26,623 bases of DNA from a virus. Lineage: Duplodnaviria; Caudoviricetes. The position numbers were made by a program, and so were the translations under genes. The stretch's first letter is position 1. Every line of letters begins with the position of its first letter. Shown piece after piece: positions 9,051-16,820 of this stretch. The stretch spans positions 1-26,623 of IMG/VR virus record IMGVR_UViG_3300044266_000195; one strand, given 5' to 3'. The notes beneath the pieces are model-generated. The model saw only the letters and a program-made list of their open reading frames with translations. It had not been told where the DNA came from and searched no databases.

Positions 9051-9530
9051 ATGTTTAGCCGAAGAAAATTATCTGAAGTCCAAACGTTTATTCAAAACCA
9101 ATCAGAGCAATCAAAAATTTATATTGGTTGTGATTCTGAAGCATATAAAAAGAATAACAAGCGATATGCAGATTATTTTCTCGTCGTTGTTGTTCATATA
9201 GATCAATCTCATGGTTGTAAGATTTTTGGCGAAAAGATTACAGAGATTGATTATACTACTGATAAGAAAAGACCAACTTTTAGGTTGATGAATGAAGTTT
9301 ACAAAGCATCTAATCTATATCTAGAGTTGGCCGAAGCTATTGGTGATCGAGATTGTGAAATTCATTTGGACATTAACACCCAAAAGAAACACGCATCTTC
9401 TCTTGTATTAGAACAAGCAATCGGTTATGTTAAAGGAACATGTAACATTATTCCTTTAGTAAAACCAGATTCATGGGCAGCAACTCATGTGGCTGATAAA
9501 TTCTTAAAAAATATTACAAGAAATAGATAA
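9051..9530 (+). CDS. RNase H-like protein (YkuK/DUF458 family)
   Basis: IYIGCDS, RLMNEV, IHLDIN and AATHVADK motifs. Confidence 0.8.
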   Translation: MFSRRKLSEVQTFIQNQSEQSKIYIGCDSEAYKKNNKRYADYFLVVVVHIDQSHGCKIFGEKITEIDYTTDKKRPTFRLMNEVYKASNLYLELAEAIGDRDCEIHLDINTQKKHASSLVLEQAIGYVKGTCNIIPLVKPDSWAATHVADKFLKNITRNR

Positions 9531-9566
9531 ATATAAAATTTCGATACTAAATAGGAAATCAGTTAA

Positions 9567-9641
9567 TTCCGTCTAGCCATCTAGGTGATGGCAACTGGCT
9601 GTTAACCAGTATGGAGCTTGGTTCGAATCCAAGGACGGAAG
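9567..9641 (+). tRNA. tRNA-Asn(GTT), CCA not fully encoded
   Basis: TTCCGTC/GACGGAA acceptor; ACTGG-CTGTTAA-CCAGT; TTCGAAT. Confidence 0.9.
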
Positions 9642-9647
9642 CCCTTG

Positions 9648-9698
9648 CCTTCAGATTTACTAATTAGGCATATTAAGACCTATTAGTAAATCTGAAGG
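9648..9698. repeat. Perfect 16-bp inverted repeat hairpin
   Basis: CCTTCAGATTTACTAA (9648-9663) / TTAGTAAATCTGAAGG (9683-9698). Confidence 0.9.
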
Positions 9699-9706
9699 TA
9701 ATTTTT

Positions 9707-9783
9707 GCGGCGGTCGTCTAGCGATCTAGGATACCTGACTTTCACTCAGGAAGACGCCGGTTTGAATCCGGTCCGCCGCACCA
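9707..9783 (+). tRNA. tRNA-Glu(TTC)
   Basis: GCGGCGG/CCGCCGC; CCTGA-CTTTCAC-TCAGG; ACCA. Confidence 0.92.
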
Positions 9784-9790
9784 ATAAATA

Positions 9791-9879
9791 GGAGTCGAAA
9801 CTAGAACAGTTTCTAGACCTGCCTGCTAAGCAGTGTGCTCCTTAACGGGAGTGAGAGGCGGCATCTCTCGGCTCCACCA
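9791..9879 (+). tRNA. Atypical tRNA-Ser(GCT)
   Basis: GGAGTCG/CGGCTCC acceptor, loop CTGCTAA, long variable arm, ACCA; non-canonical D-arm and T-loop. Confidence 0.75.
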
Positions 9880-9885
9880 GAATTA

Positions 9886-9972
9886 GGTGTCTAGCGTCCA
9901 TGGGGACAAACGGTCTTGAAAACCGTAGCCATCCGTAACTGTTTGAGGGTTCGATTCCTTTAGGCACCGCCA
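9886..9972 (+). tRNA. tRNA-Ser(TGA)
   Basis: GGTGTCT/AGGCACC; ACGGT-CTTGAAA-ACCGT; long variable region; GCCA. Confidence 0.88.
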
Positions 9973-9978
9973 GAATTT

Positions 9979-10054
9979 GCTACGATAGCTCAATTGGTAG
10001 AGCATCTGTTTTGTAATCAGGCGGTTGGGAGTTCAAGTCTCTCTCGTAGCACCA
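9979..10054 (+). tRNA. tRNA-Thr(TGT)
   Basis: GCTACGA/TCGTAGC; canonical D-arm; loop TTTGTAA; ACCA. Confidence 0.92.
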
Positions 10055-10062
10055 TATAAATA

Positions 10063-10137
10063 GGCGGTAGGTCGGCAAGGTGTCGAAAGGCTCTCATAAG
10101 GCTTCCAAGTCTGGCTCGTTTCCAGATATCGCCACCA
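10063..10137 (+). tRNA. tRNA with CAT anticodon (Met/Ile2), atypical T-loop
   Basis: GGCGGTA/TATCGCC; AGGCT-CTCATAA-GGCTT; T-loop CTCGTTT; ACCA; late promoter TATAAATA at 10055-10062. Confidence 0.8.
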
Positions 10138-10144
10138 GAATTAT

Positions 10145-10217
10145 AGCAGGGAGGATTGGTATCCCATCAAGTCTCATAAACTTGACCTAGTATGTTCGAT
10201 TCATACCTCTGCTTCCA
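10145..10217 (+). tRNA. tRNA with CAT anticodon (Met-like), short D-arm
   Basis: AGCAGGG/CTCTGCT; CAAGT-CTCATAA-ACTTG; TTCGATT; TCCA. Confidence 0.8.
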
Positions 10218-10223
10218 GTATAT

Positions 10224-10297
10224 GCTAGCTTGGTGTAGAGGTTGCACAGCAGATTGTGGATCTGTTAGAACTGGATCGTTACCAGTAGCTAGTACCA
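10224..10297 (+). tRNA. tRNA-His(GTG), no G-1, A73
   Basis: GCTAGCT/AGCTAGT; GCAGA-TTGTGGA-TCTGT; ACCA; T at position -1. Confidence 0.88.
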
Positions 10298-10333
10298 AAT
10301 AAGTTTTGCTCTTTGACAATTTAAAAAACATAA

Positions 10334-10407
10334 GCGGAGTTCGTATAGTGATAATACCTCAGTCTTCCAAACTGATGCGAGGGGTTTGATTCCCCTACTC
10401 CGCTCCA
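10334..10407 (+). tRNA. tRNA-Gly(TCC)
   Basis: GCGGAGT/ACTCCGC; TCAGT-CTTCCAA-ACTGA; TCCA. Confidence 0.92.
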
Positions 10408-10413
10408 AATTTT

Positions 10414-10489
10414 GGGTGGTTAGCTCAGCGGTAGTAGCATCTGTTTTACACGCAGAATGTCGGCGGTTCAATCCCGTCACCACCTACCA
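10414..10489 (+). tRNA. tRNA-Val(TAC)
   Basis: GGGTGGT/ACCACCT; TCTGT-TTTACAC-GCAGA; ACCA. Confidence 0.92.
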
Positions 10490-10565
10490 GCCGTCTTGGT
10501 GAAGGTGGTCCTCACGCTAGTCTGAAGAACTAGAGAACTCTGATCGTAACAGAGAGACGGCACCA
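10490..10565 (+). tRNA. tRNA-Phe(GAA)
   Basis: GCCGTCT/AGACGGC; CTAGT-CTGAAGA-ACTAG; ACCA; directly abuts tRNA-Val. Confidence 0.88.
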
Positions 10566-10586
10566 TATTTATATTATTTTTAATTT

Positions 10587-10665
10587 GGGCTATGGGGCTG
10601 CTTGGGGTGGCCACTTCTCTTGCAAAGAAGAATTCAGGTGAGTTCAAATCTCACATAGTCCACCA
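10587..10665 (+). tRNA. tRNA-Ala(TGC)
   Basis: GGGCTAT/ATAGTCC with G3:U70; CTTCT-CTTGCAA-AGAAG; ACCA. Confidence 0.88.
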
Positions 10666-11186
10666 TTTTTTGTTTTCCATTTACCATCAGAATTTAAAAA
10701 ATGTTCTTTTTCGTGACAATTAGGACATAAAGGTTCTAAATTAGAAATATTATTATTATTTCTATTTCTATCTATATGATGTACTTGTATAATTTCTGGA
10801 ATTTCATTAAATCCACATCTATTGCATTTATATTCTTTGTTTTCAAAACATATTTTTCTATAGTCAGGAATTTTAGCTGTTCCAAAATGAGACGGCATAA
10901 TTTCTTTTATAGAAAATGGACTATAAATAGATTGTGCTTTATCTTTACATGGTCTAGAACAAAATAAAAATCCTGATTTAGATTTTTTTAATTGACTTTG
11001 TTTTCTGTGAAATGAAATTCCACATGTCGAACAAGTTGTATTATGTATATGCGAAGTTATAGTAGTTCCACGTCTATGATTGTTGCTGCATTTTTTAGAA
11101 CAAAATTTAGCATTTCCTCGTTTTAATTCTTTATTTGAAGCTTTGAATATAACATTACATTGAATACAATTTTTTTCAGTAAACAT
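10644..11186 (-). CDS. HNH endonuclease with N-terminal zinc-ribbon repeats
   Basis: CNRCG...VHHIDRNRNNNNISNLEPLCPNCH; repeated CxxC...FCSxxC modules; GAGG RBS on the - strand. Confidence 0.9.
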   Translation of the reverse strand: MFTEKNCIQCNVIFKASNKELKRGNAKFCSKKCSNNHRRGTTITSHIHNTTCSTCGISFHRKQSQLKKSKSGFLFCSRPCKDKAQSIYSPFSIKEIMPSHFGTAKIPDYRKICFENKEYKCNRCGFNEIPEIIQVHHIDRNRNNNNISNLEPLCPNCHEKEHFLNSDGKWKTKNGGLCEI

Positions 11187-11273
11187 AAATACCTCTATTA
11201 AAAGTGGATGACTAAGTATTTATGCAACTTCGAAGTAATACACTATTATTATAACATAAATTATATACAATTA

Positions 11274-11349
11274 GGGAACGTAGCAAAACGATAAATGTGC
11301 TGGCCTGCAAAGCCATGAGGTGTCGGTTTAAATCCGTCCGTTCCCTCCA
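11274..11349 (+). tRNA. tRNA-Cys(GCA)
   Basis: GGGAACG/CGTTCCC; loop CTGCAAA; U73 then CCA. Confidence 0.88.
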
Positions 11350-11408
11350 ATTTAACATAGATTTCTAAGAAATATAAATAATTCTATAATAACATATAGA
11401 GGACTATT

Positions 11409-11792
11409 ATGCCCGATAATAAATATAATATAGAATTTTTCCAAGGATCTACATTCAGCCTAAACCTTACTGTAAAAAATAGTAATGGATCTTTAAAAGA
11501 TCTTTCTTCACATTCTGCTAGAATGCAAATTAGACAATCATATGGTTCGGGTAGTGCTACTGAAAGTTTGACTACAAGTAATGGCGAAATAGTTATTAAT
11601 ACAACTACTTCAACTATGAGTTTAGTTTTATCAGCAGAAAGAACTGCCAACATATATGTAGATTTAAATGGAAGTGGAAGTCCACCAAAAACAAAATATG
11701 TTTATGATATAGAATTAGTTAATAATTCAGATAATAGTGTATCCAAATTATTATTTGGAGATGTTATGGTATATGGTGAGGTAACTCGTTAA
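11409..11792 (+). CDS. Virion structural/adaptor protein (BppU-N-like)
   Basis: QGSTF...DLS..SARMQIR...YVYDIEL...GEVTR pattern; late promoter TATAAATA about 30 nt upstream. Confidence 0.7.
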   Translation: MPDNKYNIEFFQGSTFSLNLTVKNSNGSLKDLSSHSARMQIRQSYGSGSATESLTTSNGEIVINTTTSTMSLVLSAERTANIYVDLNGSGSPPKTKYVYDIELVNNSDNSVSKLLFGDVMVYGEVTR

Positions 11793-14017
11793 TGAGTGAT
11801 GTAACTGTAACACCTTCAAACAATTATACAGTTTCTGTATCCACAACTCCAAGTTATATTGTTCAACCACAAGTACAACAATCTACTGTTGTTGTTGATA
11901 ATTCTAGAATTGGTCCTCCGGGCATTTCTGGAGCCAATGGTGCTCCTGGACCTGCTGGAGCTAATGGAGAACCGGGAATTCAAGGTCCTCCAGGCGCTAA
12001 TGGTGCTCCTGGTTTAGATGCTAATACCGGAAATATAAAATTTGCCAATAGTTTAATCTATGGCAATAATTCTTCTGAAACTATTACTCTTAGAGCAAAT
12101 AGTGCAGGTATTAATTTTATTTCAAGTGATTCATTCGTACAGCTACAATATAATTCAAATACAGAAGCAACTGCTTTTTATGGACCAAATAGTAATTGGT
12201 TGCGGGTAGATTCTAGTGGATTAAATTATGAAAATTATGATGATACTAATTTAACATCTGGATTTTATGTATATAAAAGTGGTTCTATTTCATTCGTAAG
12301 TAATAATCATTATTTCACAGTTGAAAATAATGATTTAACATTACCGTTTGGTGCTTCTATTATAGCCAATAATTCTGCTGGTGAAGATGGACAAGTTCTA
12401 ACTTCTAATGGTTCGGCTGTATATTGGGACTATGTTGTAGCAACAGGTGGAACTGGTAATGCAGATGCAGCATATACTAATGCAGTCTCATATGTCGATG
12501 GTAAGTCATACGTTAATTCTAGTCAATTAAGTTCTAATCTTTTAAATTATCAAACGATTTCTGGTTTGGCATCAAATGTTTCAACTCTTTCAGCAAATTA
12601 CGCTTCATATATTCTTGCTAATACTGGTATTATTTCAAATTCTTCTGGCGTATTTGTTAATAATGCATTATATGTAAACACTTTTACATTATCTTCTTAC
12701 GTAACAACAACTAATTTATCAGATAACTTAGCTAACTATGCTACAACAACATCAGTAACATCTAATGCAGCGGCTGCATATACTAATGCAGTTGCATATG
12801 TTGATGGAAAATTTTATGTTAATACTAGCCAATTAAGTTCTAATTTATCTAACTATGCTTTATTGTCTGGAGCAACATTCACGGGTAATGTGATAGCAAA
12901 TAATGCTAATACAATTTATGATATGAATGTTGGAAGGAATTTAACTGTATCAGGCAATTTAACAATATCTGGCAATGTTACAGTTTTAGGGTCTAATAAC
13001 TTATCTATTACAGATAATTTCATTTATTTAAATTCTAATAATACATTAGATGCCATAGATGTTGGTATTGCTGCAAATTATAACGATGGTACATATCATC
13101 ACACTGGTATTTTTAGAGATGCTACTGATGGCGTATGGAAAGTATTTGATAATTATGGTCCAGAACCAGATGCTAATGTAAATATAGATACAGCAAATAC
13201 AACATTCCATATAGCAAATTTCCAAGCCAATATTGTTTATGTAGGCAATACTTCTGTATATTCTACTATCAATACAACAAGTTTTACTGGTCAATCTAAT
13301 ACAGCAAACTTGGCTTATTATGTTCTTGCTAATACTGGTATTGTTTCAAATTCATCTGGAGTATTTGTTAATAATGCATTATATGTAAATACTTCTAGCT
13401 TATCATCAAACTTAACGAATTATGTAACAACAACTAACCTAACTAATAATTTGGCCAACTATGCTACTACAACATCAGTAACTGCTAATGCTTCGGCTGC
13501 TTATACTAATGCAGTTGCATATGTTGATGGAAAATTTTATGTTAATACTAACCAATTAAGTTCTAATTTATCTAACTATGCTTTATTGTCTGGTGCTACA
13601 TTTACTAATAATATTTCTGTAGCCAATACGTTAACAGTAACTAAACATGCTGTTCTTGGTGGTATAGAAGAAACATTTTTAACTTATTCAAATGCCAATG
13701 GTGTGTTTTCATTTGATTGTACTAACACTTCAATATTCTATTTAAACACTCCAGCAGCAACATTTACACCAAGTTTGACTAATGTAACATTAGCAAATAA
13801 CAGCGTTACTGCTTATACTTTTTATATCAACCAAGGCGCAACTCCTTATGTATCAACAAGTAACGTTCAAATAGGTTCATCAACCAATACTACTATCAAG
13901 TGGCAAGGTGGATTGGTTCCTACAGGAACGGCTAATTCTAAAGATGTGTTGACTTTATCTATCTTTAATGTTAGTGGTACATATGCAGTCATCGGCCAGT
14001 TAACAACGTTCTCATAA
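11792..14017 (+). CDS. Tail fibre-like protein with collagen-like segment and internal repeats
   Basis: (GPP/GAN) Gly-X-Y run, GQVLTSNGS fibre motif, N/S/T-rich repeats, C-terminal IKWQGGLVPT...KDVLTL domain. Confidence 0.8.
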   Translation: MSDVTVTPSNNYTVSVSTTPSYIVQPQVQQSTVVVDNSRIGPPGISGANGAPGPAGANGEPGIQGPPGANGAPGLDANTGNIKFANSLIYGNNSSETITLRANSAGINFISSDSFVQLQYNSNTEATAFYGPNSNWLRVDSSGLNYENYDDTNLTSGFYVYKSGSISFVSNNHYFTVENNDLTLPFGASIIANNSAGEDGQVLTSNGSAVYWDYVVATGGTGNADAAYTNAVSYVDGKSYVNSSQLSSNLLNYQTISGLASNVSTLSANYASYILANTGIISNSSGVFVNNALYVNTFTLSSYVTTTNLSDNLANYATTTSVTSNAAAAYTNAVAYVDGKFYVNTSQLSSNLSNYALLSGATFTGNVIANNANTIYDMNVGRNLTVSGNLTISGNVTVLGSNNLSITDNFIYLNSNNTLDAIDVGIAANYNDGTYHHTGIFRDATDGVWKVFDNYGPEPDANVNIDTANTTFHIANFQANIVYVGNTSVYSTINTTSFTGQSNTANLAYYVLANTGIVSNSSGVFVNNALYVNTSSLSSNLTNYVTTTNLTNNLANYATTTSVTANASAAYTNAVAYVDGKFYVNTNQLSSNLSNYALLSGATFTNNISVANTLTVTKHAVLGGIEETFLTYSNANGVFSFDCTNTSIFYLNTPAATFTPSLTNVTLANNSVTAYTFYINQGATPYVSTSNVQIGSSTNTTIKWQGGLVPTGTANSKDVLTLSIFNVSGTYAVIGQLTTFS
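12612..13600 (+). repeat. Intragenic direct repeat (about 12612-12880 and 13323-13600; partial third copy near 12470-12545)
   Basis: LANTGI.SNSSGVFVNNALYVNT...AAYTNAVAYVDGKFYVNT.QLSSNLSNYALLSGATFT occurs twice with near-identical DNA. Confidence 0.9.
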
Positions 14018-14787
14018 TGTATAGCACAATTCATGGACATTTAATGCTTGGTCGTATCCCTGGTGCAATTTCAAACATTGCTACAGTTCCAAACAACGTT
14101 GTATGGTATGACTCGTCTGTAGGTAATACTACCAATTTCAATGTGACTATGGCTAATGGTGACGATGTATCGCAGTGGAAAGACAAATCTGGTGCAGGAC
14201 ATAATGCCAATAAATCTGGCAATGCTTCTGTTAAACCAAATTGGTATTCTAATGTACAAAATGGTTATGCTACTGTCAGATTTAATGGTACATCTGAGTC
14301 ATTGACAATTAATCCGATATCGTTTATGTTATCACAATCACAATTTACTATGTTTGTTGTTGCTAAGGCAACTTCGTTAACTGGTAATAGAGCAGTATGT
14401 GGTACTGATACTACAGGTTACAGAATATATTTTAATGGCACCAATTATCAGGTAGCAACTGCTTCTGGTACAGGAACAAGTTCGGTTACTGGTGATACTA
14501 CCAATTTTCATATTTTTACTTTAAGATTTGATGGTACTGCTACTGGCAATGCTAATAGATTACAGTTTAGATATGATAGTTCTTCACAAACTTTAAACTT
14601 TGGAGCAACTACGGTTGGAACTGCAACAAGTGCTTCATCAACAACATATTATATTGGAGTTGACGATACTGGCTCGGCAGGTTATTTTCAAGGCGACATT
14701 GGTTCGATTATCATATATACTAGAGCACTAAATACGAATGAAATGATTGGTATTGAGACTTGGTTAAAACAATTTTGGGGAATATAA
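14017..14787 (+). CDS. LamG/concanavalin A-like lectin-domain virion protein
   Basis: WYD...VSQWKDKSG..., VRFNG, YIG...YFQGDIGSIIIYTRAL...IETWLKQFWG. Confidence 0.8.
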   Translation: MYSTIHGHLMLGRIPGAISNIATVPNNVVWYDSSVGNTTNFNVTMANGDDVSQWKDKSGAGHNANKSGNASVKPNWYSNVQNGYATVRFNGTSESLTINPISFMLSQSQFTMFVVAKATSLTGNRAVCGTDTTGYRIYFNGTNYQVATASGTGTSSVTGDTTNFHIFTLRFDGTATGNANRLQFRYDSSSQTLNFGATTVGTATSASSTTYYIGVDDTGSAGYFQGDIGSIIIYTRALNTNEMIGIETWLKQFWGI

Positions 14788-14792
14788 AATAA

Positions 14793-14866
14793 ACCCCTGT
14801 AGTTCAACTGGATGAACACTGGCCTACGAAGTCAGAAGTATGCAGGTTCGAGTCCTGTCAGGGGTG
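14793..14866 (+). tRNA. tRNA-Arg(ACG), no encoded CCA
   Basis: ACCCCTG/CAGGGGT; CTGGC-CTACGAA-GTCAG; TTCGAGT. Confidence 0.9.
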
Positions 14867-14867
14867 C

Positions 14868-14942
14868 GCTTCATTAGCTCAATTGGGAGAGCAACCGACC
14901 GATAATCGGTAGACGTTGGATCGTAACCAGCATGAAGCACCA
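14868..14942 (+). tRNA. tRNA-Ile(GAT)
   Basis: GCTTCAT/ATGAAGC; ACCGA-CCGATAA-TCGGT (C33); ACCA. Confidence 0.88.
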
Positions 14943-14946
14943 ATTT

Positions 14947-15021
14947 GGATCAGTAATTCAGAGGTAGAATAGTGGCCTCTTAAGCCATATGTCATGGGTT
15001 CGAATCCCATCTGATCCTCCA
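14947..15021 (+). tRNA. tRNA-Lys(CTT)
   Basis: GGATCAG/CTGATCC; GTGGC-CTCTTAA-GCCAT; TCCA. Confidence 0.92.
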
Positions 15022-15059
15022 TATAAATAACTCTATCATAACAATTAGGAGTTATTGAA

Positions 15060-15326
15060 ATGAAAAGTTTCAAAGAATTTATCAAAGAATCAAAAATAGA
15101 TACAGGCCCAAAAGCACAATTTAGAGGACTTGCATCTGAATATGAACGTCATATAAGATTAGCAGCAGCGCAACATGATGACGAAGAAGCAGCAAAACAT
15201 CATGCAAAAAAAGCTCAAGGATATTTAAAAAGAATATCAGATAATCATGGTTCAGATAAAGCTATACAACTTCAAAAAGGTATAGAAGTTAGAATGAAAC
15301 ATGAAGCAAAAAAAGCTTTTGAATGA
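15060..15326 (+). CDS. Probable internal head protein with capsid-targeting sequence
   Basis: N-terminus MKSFKEFIKE resembles the T4 capsid-targeting sequence MKTYQEFIAE; late promoter TATAAATA at 15022-15029. Confidence 0.65.
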   Translation: MKSFKEFIKESKIDTGPKAQFRGLASEYERHIRLAAAQHDDEEAAKHHAKKAQGYLKRISDNHGSDKAIQLQKGIEVRMKHEAKKAFE

Positions 15327-15571
15327 ATCTATCAATATATCATGAACCTGATAAAATTGTTTGGTTTGCTCCACAAGGAACAAATCTTTTTAAAGTAAAA
15401 ATATCAGGAATACAAATTTTAAGTCCAAGTATAGTAAATTATATTGTGGCTTTATATGATGATGACTATCATTATCAAACAGGTAAAAATTATTTAATAA
15501 TACACGATTACTTTTATGATTGTTTTGTTGTTACGAGCAATCAACTAAATAGTGTTGACACGACAAAGTGA
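15323..15571 (+). CDS. Hypothetical protein
   Basis: ATGA overlap with the upstream gene. Confidence 0.55.
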   Translation: MNLSIYHEPDKIVWFAPQGTNLFKVKISGIQILSPSIVNYIVALYDDDYHYQTGKNYLIIHDYFYDCFVVTSNQLNSVDTTK

Positions 15572-15614
15572 CTGTGGTACTTTGATTGAACAGTCGAACA
15601 AGAAAGGAAACACA

Positions 15615-15875
15615 ATGAAAAAGCTAGTAGCACTTGCAATGGTTATGGGACTAATGTCTTCACCTGTTCTTGCTCAAGGACGTTATAGTCATCGTAATCA
15701 TGGGCATCATCATGGTCATGGATTTAGGCATAATCCAGCACCCTATATTGCTGGTGCATTAGGACTTGCTATTATCGGATCAATCATTTATGATCAATAT
15801 GGTCGTAGATGCTACAGGCAAGTTATTGGTCATGACTCTTGGGGTGATCCAGTAACTCGTAGAATCTGCGAATAA
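15615..15875 (+). CDS. Small secreted/membrane protein, His/Gly-rich
   Basis: AAGGA RBS; signal peptide MKKLVALAMVMGLMSSPVLA, His-rich stretch, GALGLAIIG helix; promoter TTGACA at 15555. Confidence 0.75.
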   Translation: MKKLVALAMVMGLMSSPVLAQGRYSHRNHGHHHGHGFRHNPAPYIAGALGLAIIGSIIYDQYGRRCYRQVIGHDSWGDPVTRRICE

Positions 15876-15883
15876 GAATTTAA

Positions 15884-15954
15884 ATCGGTGTAGTGTAGTG
15901 GTAACACGCCAGCTTCCAACTCTGGAGATGTGGGTTCGATTCCTACCACCCTTG
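15884..15954 (+). tRNA. tRNA-Trp(CCA), degenerate acceptor stem (possible pseudogene)
   Basis: Loop TTCCAAC with intact D- and T-arms; acceptor ATCGGTG/CACCCTT has two mismatches; no CCA. Confidence 0.65.
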
Positions 15955-15955
15955 C

Positions 15956-16026
15956 TGGGGATTAGCATAAAGGTAATGTAGCGGACTTTGAATCCGTTGA
16001 AAATGGTTCAATACCATTATCCCCTA
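15956..16026 (+). tRNA. tRNA-Gln(TTG)
   Basis: TGGGGAT/ATCCCCT; GCGGA-CTTTGAA-TCCGT; no encoded CCA. Confidence 0.85.
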
Positions 16027-16031
16027 CATAA

Positions 16032-16088
16032 ACTCCAAGAAATTATAAATAGGCATATAGAATAAGACCTATTATAATTTCTTGGAGT
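16032..16088 (+). promoter_or_regulatory. 17-bp inverted repeat containing a late promoter and the RBS of the downstream endonuclease
   Basis: ACTCCAAGAAATTATAA / TTATAATTTCTTGGAGT; TATAAATA at 16044-16051; GGAG in the right arm. Confidence 0.8.
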
Positions 16089-16095
16089 ATAAATT

Positions 16096-16722
16096 ATGTA
16101 TTATACTATATACAAAGTAACAAATAAAATTAACAGCATATATTATATCGGCAAGCATCAAACAAAAGATTTGAATGATGGTTATATGGGTTCTGGTAAA
16201 ATATTGAAAAAAGCTATTAAAAAGTACGGTATAGAAAATTTTACTAAAGAAATACTTTATATATTTGATACTGAAGAAGAAATGAATTCAAAAGAGAAAG
16301 AACTTGTGATTATATCTGAAGATACATATAATCTTTGTGAAGGCGGCAAAGGTGGATTTAGTTATATTAATAAAAATAAAATGAATCATAAACAAGCGTT
16401 TAAAAAAAACGATCAAAAAACTATTGATATCAGTAAAAAAGGTTCTGAAAAATTAAAAATTTTATTTCAAAATGAAAATTGGAAAAATAAAAGATCTGAA
16501 AAAATAAAAGAATCAAAAAAACTAAGCAATTATAAACATGTTTCTAAAAAAGGATATCGTCTTTCGATTGAAACAAGATTAAAACAAAGCCAATCTGCAA
16601 AAGGCGAAAAAAATTCCCAATATGGAACATGTTGGGTTACTAATGGTCAAGAAAATAAAAAAATAAACAAAAAAGAACTTGATAATTGGATTTCTTTAGG
16701 ATATTATAAAGGTAGAATTTAG
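16096..16722 (+). CDS. GIY-YIG homing endonuclease (Seg-like)
   Basis: TIYKVTNKINSIYYIG, YMGSG, KYGIENFTKEIL, YNLCEGG; NUMOD-type C-terminus GEKNSQYGTCWVTNG. Confidence 0.92.
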   Translation: MYYTIYKVTNKINSIYYIGKHQTKDLNDGYMGSGKILKKAIKKYGIENFTKEILYIFDTEEEMNSKEKELVIISEDTYNLCEGGKGGFSYINKNKMNHKQAFKKNDQKTIDISKKGSEKLKILFQNENWKNKRSEKIKESKKLSNYKHVSKKGYRLSIETRLKQSQSAKGEKNSQYGTCWVTNGQENKKINKKELDNWISLGYYKGRI

Positions 16723-16729
16723 AGAAAAT

Positions 16730-16803
16730 GCACTATTAGTGAAATGGGATCATGTCTGTCTGTCGAACAGAAGTAAGGGGATCGAAACCCCTATAGTGCG
16801 CCA
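16730..16803 (+). tRNA. tRNA-Asp(GTC)
   Basis: GCACTAT/ATAGTGC; TCTGT-CTGTCGA-ACAGA; GCCA. Confidence 0.88.
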
Positions 16804-16820
16804 TAACATAAGGATATATT

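Noticed and set aside
9791-9879. Selenocysteine or suppressor tRNA
   Set aside because: The D-stem is Sec-like, but the anticodon is GCT and the acceptor is 7 bp; no TCA, CTA or TTA anticodon was found in any tRNA.
12612-13600. Diversity-generating retroelement template/variable repeat pair
   Set aside because: Both copies are in frame in one gene, differences are not adenine-specific, and there is no reverse transcriptase in the window.
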